The notes beneath the pieces are model-generated. The model was not told the DNA's origin and searched no databases. It saw nothing but the letters and a program-made list of their open reading frames with translations. DNA of 64,000 bases from an uncultured Bacillota bacterium (GTDB lineage Bacteria > Bacillota > Limnochordia > Limnochordales > ZCTH02-B6): NCBI GenBank assembly GCA_937916565.1, contig CALFSR010000021.1, forward strand, positions 122 to 64,121. Direction: 5' to 3'. Position 1 is the stretch's first letter; each line of letters starts with the position of its first letter. Shown piece after piece: positions 18,000 through 28,215 of the stretch. Made by a program: the position numbers and the translations under genes.

Positions 18000-18452
18000 T
18001 TACTTTAGGGCCTCCGCGGTGTCAAACCAAAGCGTCACCGGCCCATCGTTCTCCAGCTGCACCAGCATCCGCGCGCCGAACACGCCGGAAGCGACGCGAA
18101 ACCCTCTCTCCGCAAGAAGCTCCTGCACCCGCTCATAAAGCGCCCGGGCCGTTTCCGGCGGCGCCGCACCGGTGAAACTTGGCCGGCGGCCTTTCCGGAT
18201 GTCGCCGTAGAGCGTAAACTGCGACACAATCAAAAACTCCGCGCCAACCTCCGCCGGCCCCAGGTTCATCTTCCCGTGCTCGTCCTCGAAAACCCGCAAG
18301 CCTGCCAGCTTGTCGGCCACAAGGCGCGCTTCGGCTTCGCCGTCGCCGTGGCCGACGCCGAGGAGGACCAGAAAGCCCCGGCCGATGTTGCCCACGACCT
18401 GCCCGTCCACCTGGACGCTGGCAGATCGCACCCGTTGGATGACGGCCCGCAC
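18000..18452 (-). CDS. dtd: D-aminoacyl-tRNA deacylase
   Basis: RAVIQRV...GLLVLLGV...SQFTLYGD...GxRPSF motifs, 150 aa from the GTG at 18452. The ORF-track 254-aa form overlaps relA. Confidence 0.9.
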   Translation of the reverse strand: MRAVIQRVRSASVQVDGQVVGNIGRGFLVLLGVGHGDGEAEARLVADKLAGLRVFEDEHGKMNLGPAEVGAEFLIVSQFTLYGDIRKGRRPSFTGAAPPETARALYERVQELLAERGFRVASGVFGARMLVQLENDGPVTLWFDTAEALK

Positions 18453-18499
18453 GACCCCACCCCAACCCCTTTCGGATATGGCGTCCTGCGCTGCCCGCT

Positions 18500-20671
18500 T
18501 TAACTCGACCCGGAGCGGTGGACCGTCAGAACGCCCTCGACCTGCGTTATCCTCTTGATGACCGACTGGAGATGCTCCACGTCGTGGATGTCCACGGTGA
18601 GATGGATGGTGGCCCGCTTGTGCCGGGTCGTGCGGGCCTGGACGGCGCCGATGTTGGTCTTTCCGTCGGAGACGCTGGCCATGATGTTGGTCAGCAGGTT
18701 GACCCGGTCGACTGCCTCGACCTCGATGTCCACCGGATAGGTGGCCTGCGGCGTCTTTTCCCACTGCACCTCCAGTTGCCGCCCCTGCTCGGCGATGGCA
18801 AGCAGGTTGGGGCAGTCCCGCCGGTGCACCGACACGCCGCGCCCGCGGGTGATGTACCCGACGATGGGATCGCCCGGCACGGGATTGCAGCAGCGGGAAA
18901 ACCGGATCAAGACGTTGTCTACGCCCAGCACCCGCACACCTTGGGCCTGCTGGCCCCCCCGGTGCTCGCCATTGCTCCGGCTGCGCTCCCGCACTTGCCG
19001 GCGGCGGGCCTCAAGCTCTTCCCTGCCTAAGAGCCGCGCCAGTACCTGTGAGGCCGTGACCTGGCCGAAACCGATACCCGCCAAGACGTCATCGACGTCG
19101 GCGAAGCCGTAGCGCTTCACCACTTCGTGCATGCGCTCTGAGCGCAACAGCTCCGCGGGGTCCAGCCCGAGGCGTCGCGCCTCGCGCTCGAGCACCTCAC
19201 GGCCGCGGGCAAGACCCTCTTCTCGGCGCACTTCCTTGAGCCACCCGCGGATCTTGGTACGGGCTTTGGACGTCTTGACGAGCCCAAGCCAGTCCCGGGA
19301 CGGCGTCGCGTTTTTAGACGTAAGGATCTCAACGATGTCGCCGTTTTGCAGCCGGTGATCCAGGGAAACCATCTTGCCGTTGACCTTGGCGCCCACGCAG
19401 TGCATGCCGATGTCTGTGTGCACCGTAAACGCGAAGTCGATGGGCGTAGCGCCCGCCGGCAGGCTCTTCACGTCTCCCCGGGGCGTAAAGACGAACACCT
19501 CGTCCTCGAAGAGGTCAATCTTGAGGGTTTCCATGAACTCCTGCGGGTCTTTCATTTCCCGCAGCCATTCCATCACTTGGCGCAGCCAGGCGACCTTCTC
19601 CTCAAACTCGCTCGTCGTCCGGCCTTCCTTGTACAGCCAGTGGGCGGCGATGCCCATTTCGGCGATCCGGTGCATGTCGTGGGTGCGGATTTGGATCTCT
19701 AGCGGCTCGCCGCGGGGCCCGATGACCGTCGTGTGCAGCGACTGGTACAGGTTCGACTTGGGCATGGCGATGTAGTCCTTGAATCGACCGGGAACCGGCT
19801 TCCACAACGTGTGCACAAGCCCGAGCACCCCGTAACAGTCCTTGACGCTGTCGACGATGACCCGCACCGCCATCAAGTCGTAGATTTCGCTCAAGTCCTT
19901 TTGCTGGCGCTGGGTCTTCTGCCAGATGCTGTAAAGGTGCTTCGGCCGGCCTTGCATGACGCCGCGGATCCCGACCTCCGCGAGGCGCGCCTGCAAGGTG
20001 TCGATGACTTCCTTGAGCTCCTTTTCCCGCTCTTCCCGGCGGCGAGCGAGCCGCCGGGCCAACTCCGCGTACTCCTCTGGATGAAGGGCCCGGAAGGCGA
20101 GGTCCTCCATCTCCCACTTCATGGACCACATGCCAAGGCGGTGGGCCAAAGGCGCGTAGATCTCCAGCGTTTCCGTGGCGATGCGGCGCTGGCGCTCCAC
20201 CGACAGGTGGCGCAGTGTGCGCATGTTGTGCAGCCGGTCGGCAAGCTTGATGACGATGACCCGCAGGTCGTCCGCCATCGCCAGGAACATCTTGCGCAGC
20301 GACTGGGCCTGCTGCTCTTCTTTCGTTTGAAAAGTCAGCTTGTCGAGTTTGGTGACGCCGTCGACGAGGCGCACAACTTCCGCGCCGAACTCCTCGGTCA
20401 GCTGCTCCCGCGTCACCGGCGTGTCCTCGAGGACGTCATGCAAAAGCCCCGCCACGATGGTGGTGACGTCCATCTGAAGGTCCGCAAGGATGCAGGCGAC
20501 ATCGTAGGGGTGCTGGAAAAAGTCCTCTCCCGAGTCGCGGTACTGCCCGGCGTGGGCCTCGCGGGCGCGCGCGATCGCCTTCTGAACGCGCGCGACGTCC
20601 GCGTCCGGGTTATAGGCCAGGATCTTCTCGATCAGCACATCTCGCTGCGGCACCGCACCTACCGTCGCCAC
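18500..20671 (-). CDS. relA: bifunctional (p)ppGpp synthetase/hydrolase RelA/SpoT (Rel)
   Basis: 723 aa with HD hydrolase (HPYDVA...LHDVLEDT), synthetase (YRSLHTTV), TGS and ACT domains. Confidence 0.95.
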   Translation of the reverse strand: MATVGAVPQRDVLIEKILAYNPDADVARVQKAIARAREAHAGQYRDSGEDFFQHPYDVACILADLQMDVTTIVAGLLHDVLEDTPVTREQLTEEFGAEVVRLVDGVTKLDKLTFQTKEEQQAQSLRKMFLAMADDLRVIVIKLADRLHNMRTLRHLSVERQRRIATETLEIYAPLAHRLGMWSMKWEMEDLAFRALHPEEYAELARRLARRREEREKELKEVIDTLQARLAEVGIRGVMQGRPKHLYSIWQKTQRQQKDLSEIYDLMAVRVIVDSVKDCYGVLGLVHTLWKPVPGRFKDYIAMPKSNLYQSLHTTVIGPRGEPLEIQIRTHDMHRIAEMGIAAHWLYKEGRTTSEFEEKVAWLRQVMEWLREMKDPQEFMETLKIDLFEDEVFVFTPRGDVKSLPAGATPIDFAFTVHTDIGMHCVGAKVNGKMVSLDHRLQNGDIVEILTSKNATPSRDWLGLVKTSKARTKIRGWLKEVRREEGLARGREVLEREARRLGLDPAELLRSERMHEVVKRYGFADVDDVLAGIGFGQVTASQVLARLLGREELEARRRQVRERSRSNGEHRGGQQAQGVRVLGVDNVLIRFSRCCNPVPGDPIVGYITRGRGVSVHRRDCPNLLAIAEQGRQLEVQWEKTPQATYPVDIEVEAVDRVNLLTNIMASVSDGKTNIGAVQARTTRHKRATIHLTVDIHDVEHLQSVIKRITQVEGVLTVHRSGSS

Positions 20672-20681
20672 GGGAACACCG

Positions 20682-21200
20682 CTACTCCTCGTAGGTCACC
20701 AGCGCCAAGATGTCGTCATGCCCAAGCCGAGCGCGGCCACCCAAGAACGCGAGCTCGATCAAGAACCCAAAGCCGACGATGTCGCCCTCAAGCTGCTTCA
20801 CGAGGCGCGATGCCGCCTCCATGGTGCCGCCCGTCGCCAGCAGGTCGTCCACGATGAGCACCCGCTGCCCCGGCTTGATGGCGTCGACGTGGATCTCGAG
20901 GGCATCCGTGCCGTATTCCAGCTCGTACTCGACCCGAATCTTTGCCGCCGGGAGCTTGTTGGGCTTGCGGATGAGCACAAAGCCGACGCCCAACTCGTAC
21001 GCGAGGGGCGCGCCCAAGAGAAACCCGCGGGATTCGACGCCAACGATGAGCTCCGGTTTCTTGTCGCGGAAGTGGTCGGCCATGCGCTGCACCACCTCGC
21101 GCAGCGCGTCGCCGTTGGCCAGCACTGGGGTAATGTCTTTAAAGCTGATCCCCGCCTTAGGAAAGTCGGGCACCTCGCGGATCAAGGACCGCAAGTCCAT
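20682..21200 (-). CDS. apt: adenine phosphoribosyltransferase
   Basis: IREVPDFPKAGISFKDITP and the PRPP motif VLIVDDLLATGGT. SD GAGAGGAG, 8 nt, then ATG at 21200. Confidence 0.93.
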   Translation of the reverse strand: MDLRSLIREVPDFPKAGISFKDITPVLANGDALREVVQRMADHFRDKKPELIVGVESRGFLLGAPLAYELGVGFVLIRKPNKLPAAKIRVEYELEYGTDALEIHVDAIKPGQRVLIVDDLLATGGTMEAASRLVKQLEGDIVGFGFLIELAFLGGRARLGHDDILALVTYEE

Positions 21201-23781
21201 CCAATTCGCTCCTCTCAGCAGCCAAGGCAATCAAACGGGCCGGAGTGGCCCCAAGGGCCATCCGGCTCAGCTCAGCAAACGCCTGTTTCCTCCGAACACC
21301 GTCATTATATCGCGCCGACGCGCCCACGTCCACCTTGCCGTCGGGCGGCTTAACCAGGCGCCACGGCCCGGGCGGCCGCCCGGCGACGAGGCCGAGCTCC
21401 CCGAACACCGCCAAGGCGTGTTCAACCCCCGCGGCCGAGACGAGCCCCGGCCAGCGCTCGTGAATCCGCGCCGCGACGGTCGCGGCCGCAGGCACGATGC
21501 CCCCGGCGCGGTCCGCCAAGGCCGCCACGGCCCGGTACACCCACCTCAGGCTGTCGTGGCCAGGGTAGCACCGCTCGAGGTGCGCGGCGGCTTCCTGAAG
21601 TACCGCGTCGCTGTAGGCGAGGTGGATCGTCCAACCGGGCGCGATGGCCGCCGCGGCCAAGAGCCGCCACAAAGCAGCCGTTTCCCACGGCAGGCCAAAC
21701 AGCACCAAATGCCCCCGTCCCGGCCACGGGCCTGAGCCCGTGCTTCCGGCCGCGCAGGCGGCGCCGTCGATCACCGTGATGCGCTTATCGGGCACCACGG
21801 GTGGTTCCACTGCCACGGCGGCCTCATCCCGCATCATCGCGCCGGCCGCCCAGGCGAGAGAACGGGCTTCATCGCTCGCGCCGGTAACAGCGACGATGCG
21901 GGCGCCGGTGGCGGCCAGGGCCGCCAGGTACGCGGTGCGGGCCAGCGGGTGCCGCGGCGGGTCGGCCCGCCGGTCGGCCACGGGTACGGGACCCGGGCGC
22001 ACGGCCATCACCGGCGGTACCGGCAACGGCTCGGGCCTCGCCTCCAAGGCTGCGGCCACCTCGTCGCCGGCCTGCGGGGCGCGGATTGACTTGAGCACGA
22101 GGTCCACCCGGGGCCGGCCAAAGCCCTCGTTGATCTGGGGCGTGAACGCTACGTCGAGCTCCGTACCCGGCGTCGCGGCCTCAAGCAGGGGCCCGCCCCC
22201 AAAACCGATGGCCTCCTGAACTTGGCCCGTCTGCGGACATCGCAGGCTGAGCTTCAGGTGGTTGCCGCTGCCGCCCACCGTCCGGGCGCCCACCACGCGC
22301 ACGGCGCGGGCCGCCAACACGGGCGTAGGATTGCCGGGGCCAAAGGGCGCAAGCCCCTCCAGCTCCCGCACAAACCGTTCGTCCACGTCCCCGAGCGCCA
22401 CCTCAAGATCGACCTGCACCTGCGGGAGCAGGTCCGCGGGACCCAGTAGAGCCGCGGCGATGTCGTTGAGCCGGGCCCGCAAGGCCGCCAGGTTGGCCCG
22501 GGAGACGGTGAGGCCGGCGGCCATCGCGTGACCGCCGAAGCGCACCAGAAGGTCACTGCACCGGCTCAAGGCACCGAAGAGATCAAAGCCGCGGATGCTG
22601 CGGGCCGAACCCTTACCCTCCTCGCCCTCGAGAGCCACGACGACCGCCGGGCGGGCGTACCGCTCGACGAGGCGCGCGGCGACGATGCCGATGACGCCCG
22701 GGTGCCAGCCCTCCGCCGCCACTACCAGCACCCACTCGGCCAGCAGACCGCCCGCCTCCACCTGGGCCACCGCCTCCGCCAGGATATCGGACTCGGTCTG
22801 CTGCCGGCTCCGGTTCGCGTCATCCAGCGCCTCGGCCAGCTGCCGGGCAGCCGCCTCGTTGTCGCAGAGCAAAAGCTCGACGCCGAGGCGCGCGTGGCTC
22901 ATGCGCCCGGAGGCGTTGAGCCGCGGCGCCAGGACAAATGCGGCCTGGGTAGCCGTCACGCGTCGCAGGTCCAACCCGGCTGCTTCCGCGAGTTTCGCCA
23001 CCCCGAGCAAAGGTCGCCGCTGCATGCCATCGAGACCGAGCCGCACCAAGATGCGGTTTTCATCCACCAGCGGGCACACGTCGGCGATGGTCCCAAGCGC
23101 CACCAGCTCAAGGCCGTCGTCCGCGGGAAGGCGCTGCCCGAGAGCGCGGCCTAGGGCGGTCAGAAGCTTGTAGGCGACTCCGACGCCGGCCAGGTCCCGG
23201 AACGGATAACGGCTGCCTGCGCGCTTCGGATTGACGACGGCCACGGCCTCCGGCAGGACCGGGCCCGGCTCGTGGTGGTCGGTGATGATCACGTCCATCC
23301 CGAGTTCCCGCGCCCGCGCCACCTCCTGCACGGACTGCGTGCCGCAGTCAACGGTGACCAGCAGGTCGACGCCGGCGGCCGCCAGACGGTCGACGGCGTC
23401 GACGTTTAGTCCATAACCTTCGGTTTGGCGGTCGGGGATGTACCACGCAGGATCAAGGCCTAGACGCCTAAGCTCCCGAACCATGAGGGCGACGCTCGTC
23501 TGCCCGTCCACGTCGTAGTCGCCGTAGATCGCGACCTTCTCCCCGGCCGCGACGGCTCGGGCCAGGCGCGCGGCGGCCGGCTCCATGTCCGGCAAAAGGA
23601 GCGGGTCGTGGAGCGTTGCGGGGTCCGCGCGCAGCATGGCGCGGACCGCTGCCGGATCCGCCATTCCCCGGGCCGCCAATAAGCGCGCCAGCGTGTCCGA
23701 CACGCCCGCTTCCCGCACAAGTCGGGCAACGGCGGCCGCATCGGGCGCCGGGGCCACTTTCCAGATAGTATGCAGCTGCAT
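21157..23781 (-). CDS. recJ: single-stranded-DNA-specific exonuclease RecJ (long form)
   Basis: DHH motifs (YGDYDVDG, DCG, ITDHH), DHHA1, and a C-terminal extension. 874 aa. Confidence 0.9.
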   Translation of the reverse strand: MQLHTIWKVAPAPDAAAVARLVREAGVSDTLARLLAARGMADPAAVRAMLRADPATLHDPLLLPDMEPAAARLARAVAAGEKVAIYGDYDVDGQTSVALMVRELRRLGLDPAWYIPDRQTEGYGLNVDAVDRLAAAGVDLLVTVDCGTQSVQEVARARELGMDVIITDHHEPGPVLPEAVAVVNPKRAGSRYPFRDLAGVGVAYKLLTALGRALGQRLPADDGLELVALGTIADVCPLVDENRILVRLGLDGMQRRPLLGVAKLAEAAGLDLRRVTATQAAFVLAPRLNASGRMSHARLGVELLLCDNEAAARQLAEALDDANRSRQQTESDILAEAVAQVEAGGLLAEWVLVVAAEGWHPGVIGIVAARLVERYARPAVVVALEGEEGKGSARSIRGFDLFGALSRCSDLLVRFGGHAMAAGLTVSRANLAALRARLNDIAAALLGPADLLPQVQVDLEVALGDVDERFVRELEGLAPFGPGNPTPVLAARAVRVVGARTVGGSGNHLKLSLRCPQTGQVQEAIGFGGGPLLEAATPGTELDVAFTPQINEGFGRPRVDLVLKSIRAPQAGDEVAAALEARPEPLPVPPVMAVRPGPVPVADRRADPPRHPLARTAYLAALAATGARIVAVTGASDEARSLAWAAGAMMRDEAAVAVEPPVVPDKRITVIDGAACAAGSTGSGPWPGRGHLVLFGLPWETAALWRLLAAAAIAPGWTIHLAYSDAVLQEAAAHLERCYPGHDSLRWVYRAVAALADRAGGIVPAAATVAARIHERWPGLVSAAGVEHALAVFGELGLVAGRPPGPWRLVKPPDGKVDVGASARYNDGVRRKQAFAELSRMALGATPARLIALAAERSELDGLAVLDPRGARLS

Positions 23782-23839
23782 GGAGACTCACCTGGTCAAG
23801 GAGTTCGCGCGGCTCAAGGACTCAACAGAGACCGAGGGG

Positions 23840-24169
23840 CTAGGCCGGCGGGGACGCGGCGGGCCGCTCGCCGTCCCGCTCGCTGCCTTCGAGGACGGGC
23901 CTTTCCTTCTCGAGTTGCTGCAGGCGCCGCTCCAGCTTGTGGATGTGGCCTTGCAGCTGGCGGATGCGCCACGAGGACTGGATCTGCCGGATGAGGCCGA
24001 TCAGGCCGGCCACCATCGCCCCGGCGGCCGCCGAGCCGACGACGACCACCACGAGCGACGTCTCCAGCTGCCAGCGGATTAGATTGACGGTGATGGGCGC
24101 AGCGTTCTGTACGGCAAAGACGGCCACGCCCAGGGCAAAGAGCAACGCGACAATGAGCAATAACTGCAC
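23840..24169 (-). CDS. LapA-domain (DUF1049) membrane protein, YrvD-like
   Basis: LLLIVALLFALGVAVFAVQNAAPITVNL...W, a second TM helix, then a coiled tail. Sits between the sec genes and recJ, as yrvD does. Start uncertain: GTG at 24169 with SD GGGGGGA, or 24211. Confidence 0.6.
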   Translation of the reverse strand: MQLLLIVALLFALGVAVFAVQNAAPITVNLIRWQLETSLVVVVVGSAAAGAMVAGLIGLIRQIQSSWRIRQLQGHIHKLERRLQQLEKERPVLEGSERDGERPAASPPA

Positions 24170-24244
24170 GGTTCTGGTCCCCCCGGCCGCGCGACTGGCA
24201 TCACGTGGCACTTCTCCCCCGGCGCGGCGGTTCCCTCCCCGGCT

Positions 24245-25912
24245 CTAGAAGCGCCCCGACCGCAGGATCCCGATGACAAGCCCGAGCCCGATGAAACCAG
24301 CCAGCACGAATCCGATGAGCCCCAAAGCCGGCACGCCCCACCAGGAAGGACCGGATGTCTGCAGCACGATGCCGGATCCAATGATCAGCGCGGCGAGCAC
24401 GATGGCCATGGCCACCCGGTTGCTGGTGCGCTCGAGGCGCTGGACGGTGCGGTCAAGCCCCTCGTGTACGAAGCGCACCTGGAGCTCGCCCCGGAGCAGG
24501 CGCGTCAAGGATTGGTCCATCTTCTCCGGAAGCCGGGCGAGCAGCCGCCCGTAGTCGCCGCCTTCGGCCAAGGCGCGCCGCACAAGCCGCGCCGGATCCG
24601 CCTGGTGCCGCATGAGCTCCCTGGCAAACGGCTGGGCCAGCTCAAGAGCGTTGAACTCGGGGTCTAGCGCTTTACCGACGCCCTCAATGGTGACGAGCGC
24701 CTTGCTGAGGAGCAGCAAGTCCGAGGGCAGCCGAAGGCGGTGGCGATGCGCGAGCTGCAGGATCTCCTGCACAACGGGCCCGAGTTCGATCTGCCGCAGC
24801 GATTTGCCGTAGTGACGGTCGATGAGGTCTTCCAGGTCCCGCCGCACCGGGCGGAAATCCGCGTCCGGGTCCAGCGCCCCCAGGCGCACAAGCCCCCGCA
24901 CGACCCGGTCCGTGTCCCGCCGGGTGACCCCGATGAACAGGTCGACGACCGCCCCCATGGTCTCTTCATCGAGGCGGCCCACCATACCAAAGTCGATGAT
25001 GGCCAGGCGGCCGTCCTCCGTGATGAACAAGTTCCCCGGATGGGGATCGCCGTGGAAAACGCCGTCGATGAGAACCATGCGCAAGAAGACTTCCGCGCCT
25101 AACTGCGCCACGGCTTTCGGGTCCTGCCCGATACGCTCGAGACCCTCCCGGTCGTCGACTTTGACGCCTTCCAGGTACTCCATGACGAGCACGCGCGATG
25201 TGGTGAGATCCCAATACACCTTGGGAATGCGCACGCGCGCATCATCCGCCCACGCCCTTCGAAAGCGTTCGATGTTGCCGGCCTCAAGCCGGTAGTCCAT
25301 TTCCCTGCGCAACACCCGGGAAAACTCGTCGACGAACTCCCGGGGGCTAAACCGCTCGACCCGCCAGCGGTCCTCGACGACAGCGGCCAAGTTTTCCAGG
25401 ATCTCGAGATCGGTGTCGACCACTTTCTCAATGCCCGGCCGGCGCACCTTGACGACTACCTGGGTACCGTCGTGAAGCACGGCGCGGTGAACTTGTCCGA
25501 TGGACGCCGCGCCGATCGGTTCGGCGTCGAAGGAGGCAAACGTCTCCTCCACGGAGCGGCCGAACTCCCGCTCGATTTCTACCTTGATCGCGCTCACGTC
25601 TACGGCGGGTACGTGATCTTGCAGCCGCGACAGTTCATCGGCCACGTCTTGGGGGACGATGTCGGGGCGAGTGCTCAAGATCTGCCCGAGCTTAACGAAG
25701 GTGGGGCCAAGCAGCTCCAGAGCCGTCCGGAGCCGTACGCCGCGGGTGTGCTCGGGCGGCTCGGGGGCGAGGACGCGACGCCGGAACGGCACGAGATCCT
25801 GGAGGTCCAATTGGTCCAGGGCATAACCGAAGCCCTGGCGCAATAGGACCTCCACGATCTGCCGGTAACGGCGCAAGTGCCGGTAACGCCGGTTGACAAA
25901 GCTGATGGCCAC
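24245..25912 (-). CDS. ABC1/UbiB-family atypical kinase with C-terminal TM helices
   Basis: LGPTFVKLGQILSTRPD, ASIGQVHRA, HGDPHPGN and IDFG motifs. 555 aa. Confidence 0.85.
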   Translation of the reverse strand: MAISFVNRRYRHLRRYRQIVEVLLRQGFGYALDQLDLQDLVPFRRRVLAPEPPEHTRGVRLRTALELLGPTFVKLGQILSTRPDIVPQDVADELSRLQDHVPAVDVSAIKVEIEREFGRSVEETFASFDAEPIGAASIGQVHRAVLHDGTQVVVKVRRPGIEKVVDTDLEILENLAAVVEDRWRVERFSPREFVDEFSRVLRREMDYRLEAGNIERFRRAWADDARVRIPKVYWDLTTSRVLVMEYLEGVKVDDREGLERIGQDPKAVAQLGAEVFLRMVLIDGVFHGDPHPGNLFITEDGRLAIIDFGMVGRLDEETMGAVVDLFIGVTRRDTDRVVRGLVRLGALDPDADFRPVRRDLEDLIDRHYGKSLRQIELGPVVQEILQLAHRHRLRLPSDLLLLSKALVTIEGVGKALDPEFNALELAQPFARELMRHQADPARLVRRALAEGGDYGRLLARLPEKMDQSLTRLLRGELQVRFVHEGLDRTVQRLERTSNRVAMAIVLAALIIGSGIVLQTSGPSWWGVPALGLIGFVLAGFIGLGLVIGILRSGRF

Positions 25913-25925
25913 GGGGTATCACCAC

Positions 25926-26840
25926 CTAAGGGGTGGGTGCCGGATTCGCCTCCCCCCGTGCCCGTTCCTCCCGCTCCTTAAGCAGCCACCACAATGGATT
26001 GGCCACCATCAACGACGAGTAGGTGCCAACGGTCAAGCCGACGAGCAGCACAAGGATGAAGTCCCGCAACGTGCTGCCGCCAAAGACGAACAGCGTCACG
26101 AGCACGAGCAGCGTCGTGGCGGTCGTATGAATCGTGCGCGCCAGCGTCTCGTTCAGGCTGCGGTTGAGCAGCTCAACCAGCGACTTCTCCTTGCCCCGCT
26201 GCAAGTTCTCCCGCACCCGGTCAAAGATGACGATCGTGGCGTTGAGGGAGTAGCCGACGACCGTAAGGATCGCCGCGATGAATGGACTGTTGACCTCGAC
26301 GCCGAGCACCGAGACGACGCCTGTCGCGATGATCGCGTCATGAAGCAGCGCCGCGACGGCCGCAACCGCGAACTTGAACTGAAACCGTACCGAAACGTAG
26401 ATCAGGATACCAATGGAGGCAAGCGCCACCGCCAGCAGTGCCCGCCGCAGGAGTTCCGCACCGATGACAGGCCCGACGAGCTCGGTGCGCAGCACCTCCA
26501 CCCCGCCGAAAGCCGCCGCCAGGGCAGCGTCCACCCTTTCGATCTCCGCGCTACTCAAAGGCCGCGTCCGGATGAGCACGTCCCGGGGATTATCCAGCGG
26601 CTGGATGACGGCTCCCGCGACATCCAAGTCGGCGAGATCGGCCCCGGACAACACCTGCCGCACCTCATCGGCTGTCGCAGCACGGCCTAGCTGCCGCTCA
26701 ATCAGGGTTCCGCCGGTGAAGTCGATGCCTAGGTTGAGCCCGCGCACGCCGAGGCTGAGCAGGCTCAACATAACCAGCACCGCGGACACGGCCAGAGTCG
26801 CTTTGCCGTAGCGCATAAAGTTGAAGCGAGTCTGTCCCAT
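25926..26840 (-). CDS. secF: protein translocase subunit SecF
   Basis: GIDFTGGT motif and six-TM SecF topology, adjacent to secD. Confidence 0.93.
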   Translation of the reverse strand: MGQTRFNFMRYGKATLAVSAVLVMLSLLSLGVRGLNLGIDFTGGTLIERQLGRAATADEVRQVLSGADLADLDVAGAVIQPLDNPRDVLIRTRPLSSAEIERVDAALAAAFGGVEVLRTELVGPVIGAELLRRALLAVALASIGILIYVSVRFQFKFAVAAVAALLHDAIIATGVVSVLGVEVNSPFIAAILTVVGYSLNATIVIFDRVRENLQRGKEKSLVELLNRSLNETLARTIHTTATTLLVLVTLFVFGGSTLRDFILVLLVGLTVGTYSSLMVANPLWWLLKEREERARGEANPAPTP

Positions 26841-26843
26841 GGG

Positions 26844-28052
26844 TCAGGCTGCCTCCTGGACACCGAAGTAGCGGGCCGCGCCCTTGGGGTTGGCCTCCAC
26901 CGCCGCCACCAGCAGCCACCGGGTGACGACGATGGCCGTCAACATACTGGCGAGCACGCCCAAGCTCAAGGTGACGGCAAACCCCTTGATGGGCCCGGTG
27001 CCCAGCCAAAAAAGGACGCCCGCCGCGATGAGCGTCGTCACGTTGGCGTCCAAGATAGCCGTGAACGCCCGGTGAAATCCGGCCCGGACGGCGCCCCGGA
27101 TCTTGCTTCCGCTGCGCAGCTCGTCCTTGATTCGCTCATAGATAATGACGTTCGCGTCGACGGCCATGCCCACCGAGAGGATTAGGCCAGCGATGCCGGG
27201 CAAAGTCAGCGTGGCATGCAGTCCCGCTAGGAGCGCCAGGACAAGCATGATGTACACGCCCAGGGCGATGTCGGCCAAAAGCCCCGGCAGGCGATAAAAC
27301 ATGATCATGTACAAAACCACCAGCACGAGGCCGGCGATGCCAGCCTTGAGGCTCCGGTCGATGGACTCTTGGCCCAAGGTCGGCCCGACGTTGCGCATCT
27401 CCACGACGTCCAGGGGCACCGGCAGGGAACCCGCCTTGAGCAGGATCGCCAGGTTTCTCGCCTCGTCATGGGTGAAACTGCCGGTGATCTGGCCCTGGCC
27501 CGAGGTGATCGGCTCCTGCACCACCGGCGCCACGAGCAGCTCGCCGTCCAACCGGTGCGGGATCGGCTGTCCGACATACAACGTCGTCAGCTGGGCAAAG
27601 CGGGCAGCTCCCTCCGGCGTGAACTGCACGTCGACGGCGGGCCGCCCGAACCTGTCCACGCCCAGGCGGGCATCCGCGAGGTCAGCGCCCGTCAGTACCG
27701 TTCTGCCGAATGGGTCCTGGATCTCCAACTGCGCCGTACGGCCGATGACGTCGATGGCCTGCTGCTGGTCGGACACGCCGGGCAGCTCGACGACTATCCG
27801 CCGGGACCCTTCCCTCTGAATAACGGGCTCCGCCACGCCTAGCCCGTTGACGCGCCGGTCGATGATGGCCATCGCCCGCTCCATCACCTCATCGGTCACC
27901 GCGGCGGCGCTGATCTGCCGGGCCTCCAAGACGATGTGCACGCCGCCCTGGAGGTCCAGGCCTAGCTGCATTGGAAACCGGTACAAGACCACGCCCGTGG
28001 CGGCGAGGATGAGTAAGATGACGACAATGCGCACGATGTTTCCCCGGGGCAA
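26844..28052 (-). CDS. secD: protein translocase subunit SecD
   Basis: LGLDLQGG motif, periplasmic domain and C-terminal TM bundle. SD GGGAGGAA, 6 nt, then TTG at 28052. The ORF-track GTG at 28133 sits 8 nt after the -10. Confidence 0.93.
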   Translation of the reverse strand: MPRGNIVRIVVILLILAATGVVLYRFPMQLGLDLQGGVHIVLEARQISAAAVTDEVMERAMAIIDRRVNGLGVAEPVIQREGSRRIVVELPGVSDQQQAIDVIGRTAQLEIQDPFGRTVLTGADLADARLGVDRFGRPAVDVQFTPEGAARFAQLTTLYVGQPIPHRLDGELLVAPVVQEPITSGQGQITGSFTHDEARNLAILLKAGSLPVPLDVVEMRNVGPTLGQESIDRSLKAGIAGLVLVVLYMIMFYRLPGLLADIALGVYIMLVLALLAGLHATLTLPGIAGLILSVGMAVDANVIIYERIKDELRSGSKIRGAVRAGFHRAFTAILDANVTTLIAAGVLFWLGTGPIKGFAVTLSLGVLASMLTAIVVTRWLLVAAVEANPKGAARYFGVQEAA

Positions 28053-28141
28053 ACTACGTTCCTCCCTCGCCAACAAGTGGACGCCCGTGCCGTCATAAGG
28101 CACAAGACGGCCGTTGGGCTCGCCTTTAGACACACGGAACG

Positions 28142-28170
28142 ATTATAATCCCGTCGCCAGGACTTGTCAA
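28142..28170 (-). promoter_or_regulatory. consensus sigma-A promoter for secDF
   Basis: Minus strand TTGACA, 17 nt, TATAAT: perfect hexamers with optimal spacing. Confidence 0.65.
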
Positions 28171-28215
28171 TTTCGACAACTTTCCGGCACCGCGCCCGCG
28201 GCGCCGCGCCAGAAC

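Noticed and set aside
28053-28133. Longer SecD start (GTG at 28133)
   Set aside because: That GTG lies only about 8 nt downstream of a perfect TATAAT and has no SD. The TTG at 28052 has GGGAGGAA at ideal spacing, and the encoded N-terminus then begins at the TM helix.
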